Assembly: GCA_003707115.1 (NCBI GenBank)
Contig: PPNB01000009.1
Coordinates: forward strand, 62,001-126,000
From: Tortispora ganteri
Lineage: Eukaryota
Direction of reading: 5' to 3'
DNA length: 64,000 nt
The notes beneath the pieces are model-generated. The model ran no database searches. It was given only the letters and a program-made list of their open reading frames with translations, and was not told the origin of the DNA. Shown here piece after piece: positions 20,692 to 30,423 of the stretch. A program made the position numbers and the translations under genes. Position 1 is the first letter of the stretch. Each line of letters opens with the position of its first letter.

Positions 20692-22971
20692 TTAAGAATA
20701 ACTTTGAGTCATTGAATCATAACCAATAGCAGTAGTCTCATCATTGTTGATATATCCTGAAAGATAAAACATATCGTCATTCTCGTTTCCTTGCAGATTC
20801 TGTAACAAATTGGACGACTCGGATCCAAAAATAAACCCTGGCATCTCCACAGCATCACCTTGCTGGTCGCGATTGGCCTCGTCGGATTTATGGTCTCCTT
20901 GAATTCCATCGGAAGTTGGCTCGCCCATAGACATGCTATTAGTCCCTTTGTCTGTCTCGTTAGTTACAGCAAAGGTAGTCTGCACAGACTCGGGGGCACC
21001 CATACCACTAATTCCTCCAGGTGTATCGGTGTTATCACTCGCTTCAGTACGATTGCCTTGGTCTAACGATCCTGGTCCAGTTTGATTTTTAGACATATTC
21101 CTGCTGTTCGTGCCCTGAGGAGTCTTTGCAATCGGTGACTGACCGGCTTCATTGCCGCTAGGAGTAGCAGGAGTAGCAACAGAGTCACGTTTTCCACGCC
21201 GTTTAGCAGGACCAGCTCCAATATCTTTGCTGTTTCGCCGTCCAGTAGTTTTAGGACCTTGTTTAGAACCATTCCCACCTGAGCCAATAGAAGGTGATCC
21301 AATTTGTCTTGCTCCAGGAGGAGGCATTTGCGGTGCACCATTGACCAGGTTACCATTGATAAATCCCTTAGCAGAATTAGAATCTCCACCCATGGATTGC
21401 TTCTGCCCTTGAGATTGCCACGGACTATTCGCTTGTCCATTTCCTGCACCGTTGATGCCTGCAGAAACAGCACCTCCATTAATCATCAATGAGTATTGTC
21501 CGCCATTTGAACCTCTGCCACTGGGATAGACACCGCCAGCAGGCAGCGCACCCGGTGCATAGTTTCCTGAATTAACATCCAATGGTACATCTTGGTCTAT
21601 AGAACCAATGCTATCACCTAACCCAGTGCCAGGTGGCATATTCATATTAAAGGCACTTTGCTGTTCTTGTCGTACCGCAATGAGACGGCGTTTACTTTCA
21701 TTTTCAAGCGCCATTAGCTGACTCTGGTATTCATAAAGAGGAGCAGTGAAATGTGGACCATCTTGACGGCTACCACTTTCACCGGGAAATTGTTTATTAT
21801 GTGAATTTGCGTTCATTACAGCTGGGTTCATTTGAGAACCAGAAGCACCGATATCCCCCCAGAGTGGCCGTCCATCTGGGCCCACGGAAATCTGACCAGC
21901 ACCTGGGCTTCCCGACACAGTGTTTGAGAGACTACCACGGGGACCCAGTGGTCGACCTGAATTCCTTTGAGGACCATTCAGTTGCTGTATTGTACGACCA
22001 TATTGATCTGCTGGTATGTTATTGTTCTTCATTGCAGCTTGAAGATTCGAGTTACTTTGCATACCGGAAGGTAATGCAACAGGAAATGGTGATTGAGAGT
22101 CAAGTGGCAAATTAGACTCAAAATACATTGAATCATTATTGTCTGGTGAAAGTCTAGGGCGTTTCGGGTTGTTTTGCATCAGGTCTTGTGGTGGCATTTC
22201 ATTAGAGCGGGGCGAGGAATCAGAAGGTTCAAGCGCAGCTATAGATGCTGCATGACTTTGATCAGTATTTGCAAGAGTACCATGGTACTGCTGAGGGTTT
22301 CGTTTGGAGTGTATACTGTGAGCGCCCATTCTTTGTCCAGCAGGTAAGCTGTGAGCGTTGTAGCCCATTGTGGGCGAGGTTTGATTAGCCATAGATTGCA
22401 TGTGTTGAAGAGCCACATTTGATGCGCCAGCACGAAGATTTCTTTTGTCGAAATCTGCATGTGGTCCACCAACGTGGGATCGAGTATTAAATAAATTATC
22501 CATGTTACTGGCCGTTGGTGCAGGATTCCATTGTGCTGAGTCATTAGGATCGACAAAAGGAGCGCGATTCAAAGTAGCGTTTTGCGGATTAGAAACTCTT
22601 ATATCTTGTCGCAGTCGCGCAACTCGTGAAAGGTATTCGCGAGAAGATTGCGAAGATTGTGGAGTTCGGTACCGAGCAGCATACAGATCCCAGAAGAGGA
22701 CCCACCATTCAAACAGAAACCCATGAGGCGCGTCCACGGGCACAGATATTGAGGGTATATTATCTCCAGAAAACATTTTCGCATTGATGACAGAAGATTC
22801 TATAGGGATTCCTCCGACAGAGGGAGGTTCATTTGGCATTGGAGAACGAAATGACTTAACCTCAGTCTCTTGTGCGAATGCGTTAGCTGCTGCTGCCATA
22901 TTATTTTTCACAAGATAATCGTATAAGTACGCATGGAATAACGACTTGAAAGGGTGTTCTTGTGCGGACAT
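20692..22971 (-). CDS. FLO8: LisH/LUFS transcriptional regulator, Flo8/SomA/Mss11 family
   Basis: LFHAYLYDYLVK...AANAFAQE, GFLFEWWVLFWDLY and the SomA/Flo8-type motif LYEYQSQLMALENESKRRL within a long Q/N/G-rich region. Assignment to a specific paralog is less certain than the family call. Confidence 0.8.
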   Translation of the reverse strand: MSAQEHPFKSLFHAYLYDYLVKNNMAAAANAFAQETEVKSFRSPMPNEPPSVGGIPIESSVINAKMFSGDNIPSISVPVDAPHGFLFEWWVLFWDLYAARYRTPQSSQSSREYLSRVARLRQDIRVSNPQNATLNRAPFVDPNDSAQWNPAPTASNMDNLFNTRSHVGGPHADFDKRNLRAGASNVALQHMQSMANQTSPTMGYNAHSLPAGQRMGAHSIHSKRNPQQYHGTLANTDQSHAASIAALEPSDSSPRSNEMPPQDLMQNNPKRPRLSPDNNDSMYFESNLPLDSQSPFPVALPSGMQSNSNLQAAMKNNNIPADQYGRTIQQLNGPQRNSGRPLGPRGSLSNTVSGSPGAGQISVGPDGRPLWGDIGASGSQMNPAVMNANSHNKQFPGESGSRQDGPHFTAPLYEYQSQLMALENESKRRLIAVRQEQQSAFNMNMPPGTGLGDSIGSIDQDVPLDVNSGNYAPGALPAGGVYPSGRGSNGGQYSLMINGGAVSAGINGAGNGQANSPWQSQGQKQSMGGDSNSAKGFINGNLVNGAPQMPPPGARQIGSPSIGSGGNGSKQGPKTTGRRNSKDIGAGPAKRRGKRDSVATPATPSGNEAGQSPIAKTPQGTNSRNMSKNQTGPGSLDQGNRTEASDNTDTPGGISGMGAPESVQTTFAVTNETDKGTNSMSMGEPTSDGIQGDHKSDEANRDQQGDAVEMPGFIFGSESSNLLQNLQGNENDDMFYLSGYINNDETTAIGYDSMTQSYS

Positions 22972-23930
22972 GCTGCACAGATGTTAAAAAGGGCACTGTT
23001 AAGCGCGGAGGGGAGGCTAGACAGTGCAGGTACAGGTGCAGATGTTATATCGAGACGAGAAAGGCAACAAAAGTAAAGAAAGTCTGCAAAAGACTTTAGA
23101 CTTAGGGTAATAAGGCAGATAGCGAGAAGTACTAAACGAAGTGCACAGCTCGGAAAGGGAAGATGAAAGTGAGATCGACAGGCACGAAGTTAATGTAAGT
23201 ACAGAGAAGTAATGACACAGGTAATTGTAACTCGAAAAAAATGACGTTAAATGTTTTGGACGAGATGTTTTATAATATTTGATGAAGGTATGTTTGTCAC
23301 TTGCGGGAAATGCACAGTATAGATAAAGATGTGAGTTAAGAGGAGAACTTTATGAATTAGCGAGATCGCAAAAGGCGAAATTAGCAGGCAACAGAAAATA
23401 TGCTCAACGATAAAATAAAAAGGCTTTAATAAATAAGCTATACTACGTTAGCTTTCTGATTAGAAAAACGAGAATAATGCGGTATTTTTTCGCAGCTGCG
23501 GGGGCGGCACAGGAATAAATGTGAAAGCTGAAATGCAGGATATAGAGAAGTCTTAGAGGATGGGGGTGGGCCGCGGTATCTAAGCTTATCAGGGTAGGTA
23601 CGAAGTCTGTGACGGTAATACGTTAAAACAGTTACGCGAGTTTCTGCAATGAACCTAACAATGTTCAATATATTGAATAAAGAAATCCAAAGAGTTTAGT
23701 AAATTCGATAATAGTAATTGTTCCCATGCAATGCACAATTTTTATTGTGCAAAATGTCAATCGCAAGCGTAGCACTCCGCAAAGGTGGTGGTTTTTATAC
23801 TTTAGTAATTGCTCCAGTAACATAAAAAGCGGTTACTAGGCAAACTTTTAAGAGTTAGTGCCAAGCATTCAGCCAATTGCAGATCTTGTTGTTGTCAGCC
23901 GCACGGCTCTGCAGTGACCGGCATTCTGAA

Positions 23931-23974
23931 ATATATATATACATATGTATATATATATATATATATGTATATGT
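23931..23974. repeat. (TA)n microsatellite, imperfect
   Basis: atatatatatacatatgtatatatatatatatatatgtatatgt. Confidence 0.9.
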
Positions 23975-24180
23975 AAATATCTGCTACCTGCGATAGATGG
24001 CAGGTCTAGGTATTTTCCATCACAGATATACTTCTCTTTCAGTCAGTAGGCAAACTAAGCTCTAAACGGTGATAATACTAAGCAAAGAGACAGTTCGCTT
24101 GATTCCATTTATGATACAATGATGGCTCTCTGCTCTTTTTGAATTATTCGAGCAATTATGTCCTATAAAATGATCTGCTA

Positions 24181-24747
24181 TTATTCCTCTGCAGCAGGAA
24201 TCTCGTCCTTGAGAATCTGTAGCAATTGTACTTTAATTTCGGTGGCAGCGTGCCCTTGTAGGACGTCTGACACAAACTCTGCCTGAACTTGCATCTGCGT
24301 CATCTCTAAGGCTCCTCGCAGAACGCCACAGTAAATATTACTGTACCAGAGGTTCTTAGACTCTGGGGGTAATTCTACAAAATCCGCTAGCGGGTTGTCA
24401 TCAATATATAAACTGAACGTTTTGCCGTCTGCTGACCAGTTGCTTACGCGGGGCACGACATTAAGAAACATTTTGAACCCGACTTTCGAAATTACTTCTG
24501 CGGTATCTTTAAACGAACTGCACCTTCCGATACCCGATCGCGCCAAAAAATCTTCTATCAGACGTAGTCCGATATTGTATCCCATTTTATCCAGCTGCTG
24601 GTTAACTTGATCGTAGTTATTTTCAAAATCGCGGCACAGTTGTGCCACTAGAGATCCATATGTCAAAGCTACTAGTTCTGCATTTACTTTATCAATTTTT
24701 GTCTTCCATATCTCCTCGCCAACCGCTTTCAGTGGCTTCGACGTCAT
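24181..24747 (-). CDS. BET3: TRAPP complex subunit Bet3
   Basis: KVNAELVALTYGSLVAQLC, MGYNIGLRLIEDFLAR, NPLADFVELP, LWYSNIYCGVLRGALEM. The second ATG (24747) matches the homolog start. Confidence 0.96.
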   Translation of the reverse strand: MTSKPLKAVGEEIWKTKIDKVNAELVALTYGSLVAQLCRDFENNYDQVNQQLDKMGYNIGLRLIEDFLARSGIGRCSSFKDTAEVISKVGFKMFLNVVPRVSNWSADGKTFSLYIDDNPLADFVELPPESKNLWYSNIYCGVLRGALEMTQMQVQAEFVSDVLQGHAATEIKVQLLQILKDEIPAAEE

Positions 24748-24935
24748 TGTTTTATTGCTTAGAATTGTGCTTTTTGTAGAAGGACAGGTTGAACGCAGGC
24801 AATCCGTTGCTATCCCACCCATAGGTTAACCTGCCCACAGCTTCACCACACCGGTCGAAAATCCATCTATTCTTACTCTACCGCAGCAGAGCAAGCACTA
24901 TTCGTTTTGATCGCAAATTTCACAACTTGCAGACA

Positions 24936-25925
24936 ATGTCAGACAAGCGTCGCGCATCAAATGGAGGTCAAGGCATCCTTGTCAAGCGCCAGAGATACGA
25001 TAGATCGTCAGCACTCAAGACGCCGGTCTGGCGTCTCACAGGCCACAAAGACGCTATATGGTGTTGCCGATTTGACCCTACTGGGGTTCTACTTGCTACA
25101 GCCGGCGTAGATAGATCGATTCTCATTTGGAACATCCAGGATAACATTAATACTATACAGATACCATCATTGAAGGGTATTGTTACTGACATACAATGGT
25201 CGCGAGATTCTACGTGCATATTTGCGGCAGCCGGTAGTACTCTCAAGACCTATGATCTGGAAACAATAACAAGCATACGGACATTCAAAAGTCATGAGGA
25301 TGTCATAAATTCAGTAAGTGTAAATAAAAAGGGTCGTCAAATGCTGGTAAGCGGCTCAGATGATGGATCAGTTATACTGTGGGATCCTAGGTACAAACGT
25401 CCCGCAAACAAATTCGATTCGCAGTACCCGATAATTGCTGTCGAACTTGACACTTATCGGCCGATAATATATTCCGCCGGTGTAGAATCAGGGATCCTGG
25501 CGCGAGATTTACGGACAGGTAATGTCCTATATGAGCTTTCAGGCCACAAAGAGCCAGTGTGCAATCTAAGACTGTCCACAGATTCAAGCATGCTCCTCTC
25601 GGCGTCAGTGGACTCAATGGTCAAACTATGGGACACGAGGCCCGCAGTACCACTAGAGTCACGGTTTATGAAACAGCTAGAAGGAGCCAATATTAGTATG
25701 AACTCTTTTCCGATACGTGGATCGTTCTCATGCGACAACAGGCTGGTAGGTATAGGGTCTGAAGACAGCACTGCAGTAATCTGGGACTGCACGAGTGGGA
25801 GACTCGTTGAGAAGCTGCCTGGGCACCGCGGTGCTGTACACGACGTTAATTTTTCGCCGACAGAGATGGTTTTGGCTACGTGCTCTGAGGACAAATGTGC
25901 GCTCGTGTCTGTTGAAGATAGATAA
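24936..25925 (+). CDS. U5 snRNP 40-kDa WD40 protein (SNRNP40/Spf38/Cwf17)
   Basis: N-terminal LVKRQR...RSSALKTPV..LTGH, seven WD repeats, VKLWDTRP and KLPGHRGAVHDVNFSP. ATG at 24936. Confidence 0.85.
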   Translation: MSDKRRASNGGQGILVKRQRYDRSSALKTPVWRLTGHKDAIWCCRFDPTGVLLATAGVDRSILIWNIQDNINTIQIPSLKGIVTDIQWSRDSTCIFAAAGSTLKTYDLETITSIRTFKSHEDVINSVSVNKKGRQMLVSGSDDGSVILWDPRYKRPANKFDSQYPIIAVELDTYRPIIYSAGVESGILARDLRTGNVLYELSGHKEPVCNLRLSTDSSMLLSASVDSMVKLWDTRPAVPLESRFMKQLEGANISMNSFPIRGSFSCDNRLVGIGSEDSTAVIWDCTSGRLVEKLPGHRGAVHDVNFSPTEMVLATCSEDKCALVSVEDR

Positions 25926-25931
25926 AGATAA

Positions 25932-26570
25932 TCACGTAGACGGACTCTGAGACCTGCTCTTTGGCACAGCTGCTTGTTTTATAGTGTTGTCCCTGAGACG
26001 TTTTGCGTAGTCTACAAGACTTTCTATGACGCTTTCGAAGGCAGCCTTTTCTGCTTCAGTTTTGGCCTTTGACGCTGTGACTTTCTGGAGCTCTGTTCTG
26101 GTAATACTAATTGCATTAACTAATTTCTTGTAATGCGAAAGGAGGTCATCTGGGGACATAGACTTGAGAGCGAGTTCAGATATGTTTGCAAGTAATTTAA
26201 GCGATGGTATATCGAATTCTTTATTAGCGGAGGGCATTTCGAGGTTCTTTATTTTGACTGACTGTGGTAATAGTTCATCGAGATTAATAGGAATACCTAG
26301 CTGCAGCAGCATTTTCCTCCGTATAACTGATTTCTGCCAGTTAGGTGCATTCAAAATCGGTATATGCGCTAGATCTCTATATTGACGCGTATAATCAGAT
26401 GCAGATGGTAGTTCAGTTGTCGCTATTACGGGGTCAATCGATGCGTAAGTCTCAGTCACTAATGCCATTAGCCTATCCGGGATATCTTCATTATTTAAAG
26501 GTTTTGGCTCTTCTATTTCAGAGACAAAATCTCCAAAATCGCTAAACTCATCGTCACTTTCTTCGCCCAT
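25932..26570 (-). CDS. Probable AP-1 accessory protein (Laa2/YBL010C-like)
   Basis: Acidic DDEFSDFGDF gamma-ear-binding motif at the N-terminus, conserved WQKSVIRR...LGIPINLDELLP block, C-terminal coiled coil. Confidence 0.6.
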   Translation of the reverse strand: MGEESDDEFSDFGDFVSEIEEPKPLNNEDIPDRLMALVTETYASIDPVIATTELPSASDYTRQYRDLAHIPILNAPNWQKSVIRRKMLLQLGIPINLDELLPQSVKIKNLEMPSANKEFDIPSLKLLANISELALKSMSPDDLLSHYKKLVNAISITRTELQKVTASKAKTEAEKAAFESVIESLVDYAKRLRDNTIKQAAVPKSRSQSPST

Positions 26571-26714
26571 TGTAATGAAAAATCAAAATCTATGATTGAA
26601 GGTTACAAGGTGGGTTTGGTTGCAAAAAGGGTTCAGTTCAACTATCCCTCCCTGGTGGTACCCATAATCCCACTAAACCAATCACTTCGATAATACTCAC
26701 AACTTGATTATATA

Positions 26715-27611
26715 ATGGACTTCAGATCGCTACTGGAAACAGCGCTGACATGGTCTGTTGCACCACATATAGGTACTGCTATTGTCATGCGTCTACTTAG
26801 CGTAGTAGTACCCAGCATAGACTGGCGCAGAAGACAGCGTGTGATCTACTTTTCGGTATGCATGTTACTAGTAGCACACTCAATCGCAAAGATCTGGCAT
26901 TTCGAGCCAACAGCTTATCAATTGATTAATGTTAATAACAATGTAACACCCACTGAGTTACGAAAATCGAGCAGACTCAGGCTTTTACAACTTCATCCAG
27001 ACAAGAATGGCGGTGATGAGTCCGCTTATGTTGCCTATCAGAAACTCTACGAGAAATTGAATATGCCAACTATGAGGTTCCTTTACGACCGATATGGTCC
27101 GGCTGTCTTCCAAGAAACATTCCGCGGTTCAATAGAGCAACTGTTTTTGCATTGTTTACAGGCCCATCTCACACACTACTCACTCAGCGGTGCCATGCTA
27201 TTTCTCATGTTTCTCTTCCACAATGATTCGAGCACTTCCTGGAAAATGTTTCTTTACTTCTTCTCGTGGCTTGTCGAACTCCGAATTATTACTGCTCCAT
27301 ATAAGATTAACCCGTTTTTGTTCAAGGATCTACTTCCATTTCAAGCGGTCGCCCTATTGAGAGGATTCACGCAGATCACACTCGTCGCCGTAACACATCT
27401 ATCGCCTCTGATCCGACCTCCTACACGCGCGCTCTCGGATATTCTCTTCGACCTCGAGTTTCTCGCAACTAATGCCGTACTTGAAACAAAACACAACTAT
27501 AATACCGTTATCGAGCCGTTCGATAAAGCAAGTGACGAGTTTAAAAGGCTACGACTACAGGTGAAATCGTGGCTTGTCGCGCGCCGACTAGGGCAATCAA
27601 AAGACGCATGA
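26715..27611 (+). CDS. Membrane-embedded J-domain (DnaJ) protein
   Basis: Hydrophobic N-terminal segments, J-domain (AYQLIN...LRK..R...LHPDK...RFLYDRYG) and further hydrophobic segments. Confidence 0.8.
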   Translation: MDFRSLLETALTWSVAPHIGTAIVMRLLSVVVPSIDWRRRQRVIYFSVCMLLVAHSIAKIWHFEPTAYQLINVNNNVTPTELRKSSRLRLLQLHPDKNGGDESAYVAYQKLYEKLNMPTMRFLYDRYGPAVFQETFRGSIEQLFLHCLQAHLTHYSLSGAMLFLMFLFHNDSSTSWKMFLYFFSWLVELRIITAPYKINPFLFKDLLPFQAVALLRGFTQITLVAVTHLSPLIRPPTRALSDILFDLEFLATNAVLETKHNYNTVIEPFDKASDEFKRLRLQVKSWLVARRLGQSKDA

Positions 27612-27670
27612 AGATTAATCAAATGCATAAATATACGATCATAAACAATTCATTCTTTATATTAATAATG

Positions 27671-28579
27671 TTATGTGCTAGTGATCACGTATATCATGAC
27701 TTCCGGTGCATCGTCCGATATCCATATTAGTTCGCCAGCGTACCTTGTTGTTTCGACAACACTATAAATCAACTGCTGCCGGGCACACTCGTCTTCGAAC
27801 ACCTTTAATGTGTCAACGTTTCGCTTAGTGCACGCTATATACGCCTTATTGTTGTTGTTTTTTAGCAACAGTGACAGCGATCGCGTCAGCAGTGGTACAA
27901 GCGTGGGATCGTAAGTGATATCTGCGCCTACAATTAGGTCAAACGGTGATGCATTTGGCGGCAATTCTAGTGGCTCGCCCCACGCATACGGCTGAATCGT
28001 GCAAATATCTTCAACACAGTTCAGCATTATATTCTTTGCACATAATTCCAACACTTCGCCGTCTATATCGGTCAACACAACCTGCTCCGGAGACTGTGTA
28101 CGTAGCGCGCACGAAATACCAACGATACCTGTACCACATCCGAGCTCAATCACCCTTTTAGCATATAATTCTCTGTCATGTAGATAGTGCATAAGCACAA
28201 GTGCGGCTTCCCATGTTCTGTGACCGGTACCACCGTTGAATGCGATCAAATTCGGTACCTCTATTGATCTAATAGGCATGTCTTTGGCTACAAAGTAACT
28301 AACCACTGTGGTCCTTGTGTCATTGTTACTATCGCCATCACTATCCAATAAACATTCAGTATATTTCTCATAAAATTCCTCTGGGATCTCTAGTCCGCGG
28401 GTTTCCCATTGCGCTAACAATCGCTTAGCTAGACTGTACCGGTACCGTTTAGGAGGACCATTTTCGCCTGCAGCGCCTTCGTCTAGCAGCAACCGCACCA
28501 CGTCATTGCTCGGCTTAATATCGTACTTTAGAAGTTGATGAACGGGGATTTGCTGGAGAAATGGGTACAAAAAGTGCAT
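27671..28579 (-). CDS. EFM3: Protein-lysine N-methyltransferase Efm3/EEF2KMT (MTF16 family)
   Basis: GTGHRTWEAAL, VIELGCGTG, VVLTDID, LIVGADITYD and a FAM86-like N-terminus. First ATG at 28579. Confidence 0.82.
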   Translation of the reverse strand: MHFLYPFLQQIPVHQLLKYDIKPSNDVVRLLLDEGAAGENGPPKRYRYSLAKRLLAQWETRGLEIPEEFYEKYTECLLDSDGDSNNDTRTTVVSYFVAKDMPIRSIEVPNLIAFNGGTGHRTWEAALVLMHYLHDRELYAKRVIELGCGTGIVGISCALRTQSPEQVVLTDIDGEVLELCAKNIMLNCVEDICTIQPYAWGEPLELPPNASPFDLIVGADITYDPTLVPLLTRSLSLLLKNNNNKAYIACTKRNVDTLKVFEDECARQQLIYSVVETTRYAGELIWISDDAPEVMIYVITST

Positions 28580-28666
28580 ACAGTTGCACACGTGGTCTTT
28601 GTAGTCTCGAAAGCGTAGTTGAATTGACCTTACACCCAATCTACGCACCTAGACAATCGATTGTCA

Positions 28667-29266
28667 ATGACTCAAAAACATATAAATGTCCACATATATA
28701 AGGACGATCATTTGAAATCAAAATATATATGGCCAATTTATTTGAATGAATCTGTTAAAGAATTTTTGAACGATTTGGCCGCTAATGGTGTTCGGTTCAG
28801 ACGTCTTCCACGTATCACCTACAATGGTCAAATCCTGCACAAGGACCTACAGCTTGATTTCCTCTCTAATGACGCCACATTAGCAGTACATATGCGGTCA
28901 ATCAATTCTATAAACAGAGAAAAACTACAGAAATCATACGCCAAAAAGACTCCTTCTACGAAGCTTATTAAACAAATATTGCAAGACCTGACACCTTTTC
29001 AGATCCGTTGTTTTCGAAAACGCCAAAAAGAGGCGCTCAAAGATTGGAAATGGAACCCGGATGTCAACATAACCGCTTTCGACTGCAAAGGTAATCGCTA
29101 CACAAAACATACATACAACTATTCCACAAAAGACCGTCATAAATTCAATAAGAACTACAAAAGTGAGCCCGAATCGGTCGAGGAACCAATCGAGGAACCG
29201 ATCGAGGAACCGCTGGTGAACGTCCCCGAATCAATGAAAACATTAACATCTTTCGGTAGGTCATAA
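28667..29266 (+). CDS. Hypothetical protein with a probable N-terminal ubiquitin-like domain
   Basis: 199-aa ATG-started ORF filling the gap between EFM3 and PET117. LPRITYNGQILHKDLQLDFLSNDATLAVHMR resembles the ubiquitin beta3-beta5 pattern. Confidence 0.6.
   Translation: MTQKHINVHIYKDDHLKSKYIWPIYLNESVKEFLNDLAANGVRFRRLPRITYNGQILHKDLQLDFLSNDATLAVHMRSINSINREKLQKSYAKKTPSTKLIKQILQDLTPFQIRCFRKRQKEALKDWKWNPDVNITAFDCKGNRYTKHTYNYSTKDRHKFNKNYKSEPESVEEPIEEPIEEPLVNVPESMKTLTSFGRS
29178..29212 (+). repeat. 12-bp coding tandem repeat (x3) encoding [V/I]EEP
   Basis: tcgaggaaccaa tcgaggaaccga tcgaggaaccg. Confidence 0.85.
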
Positions 29267-29306
29267 TCATCGCAATGCATCGGTACCCATAATGGGTCTA
29301 TTTACA

Positions 29307-29537
29307 CTAAACAACTTTCGTAGTCTTCTGCAGCTTCTCGTACTGCTCCTGTAATTGCAACTGTCGCGCAGCCTCCAGCTCGCGCTCTTTCCGTACTTTT
29401 AGGCGCTCTTCGTCGTTGATCACTCCTTGTTTCAATGCTTGTCGTTCCAAACGCTGTTGCCTGTGCACAAATACAACCATGCCACCGGTAAATAAACATG
29501 ACCCAAGCAACACAGCAATAGGTTTCGCTCTGACCAT
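29307..29537 (-). CDS. PET117: Cytochrome c oxidase assembly factor Pet117
   Basis: Hydrophobic N-terminus followed by VHRQQRLERQALKQGVINDEER. Confidence 0.9.
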   Translation of the reverse strand: MVRAKPIAVLLGSCLFTGGMVVFVHRQQRLERQALKQGVINDEERLKVRKERELEAARQLQLQEQYEKLQKTTKVV

Positions 29538-29729
29538 CGATTACGTTCGCTTTTTATCCTCTCGTGATCGCGATTCTAAATCTCACTGGCCCACTCAACA
29601 GTTATTATCTCTCAGGGTAAGGGTTTATTTTCCTACCAGTTGTCCATGGCCTAATCTCTGACTTGCCCTCTTACACAATCGTCTACATCGGTTGTTGACA
29701 AGTAATATTAGATAAAACGCCGCTTGAAA

Positions 29730-30166
29730 ATGGTAAGTGGGCACCATTAGTGCAATAGATCGTCGCTAACTTGCCCGGTCTGTCGCTGTGTCCTACAATT
29801 ACACCTCATACTAACATACAGTCTGCTCAAAGCTCAGCTGGAATCCAGACCCTCCTAGAGGCCGAAAAGGAAGCACAAGAAATCGTACAGAAGGCAAGAG
29901 CTTATCGTACGCAGCGTTTGAAAGCCGCCAGAAGTGAAGCTGCAAAGGAAATTGAACAGTATAAGAAAGAACAAGAAAAGAACTTTGAGAATTTCGTGGC
30001 CCAACACTCAGGCGATACTACCAAACTTGAATCTGATGCGGCCGCACAGGTCGAAAAGGAAATAGCGGCCGTTAAAGAAGCAGCATCTAAAAATTCTGAT
30101 AAAGTAGTCGATGATTTGGTTAAGGCTATTCTCACACCTGCGCCCAAACTCCACATCAATGCTTAA
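29730..30166 (+). CDS. VMA10: V-ATPase V1 subunit G, two exons: ATG (29730-29732) and 29822-30166
   Basis: Intron 29733-29821 (GTAAGT, TACTAAC 29809-29815, CAG). Spliced product MSAQSSAGIQTLLEAEKEAQEIVQKARAYR...LHINA. Confidence 0.96.
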
Positions 30167-30423
30167 CTTAGCTTAGTTTTAGCCTAACTTCCTTCTAATA
30201 TTTATTTTAAAATGACCTTTGACCGCTTCGGTCTTTTCAATGCACTCGGTTTATCAGTAGTAAAAACTATTGAATACCATTGTAAAACTCTTTGTGACTG
30301 TCTAATATCTACCGGTCAATCGGCTTGAACTGCTCCCCCCATGGTGTTGCAATTCTTCCCCAGATACCACCACCATCACTCCACAGACACCACGATCAAG
30401 TTATATATAACTTTTAACTCGCT

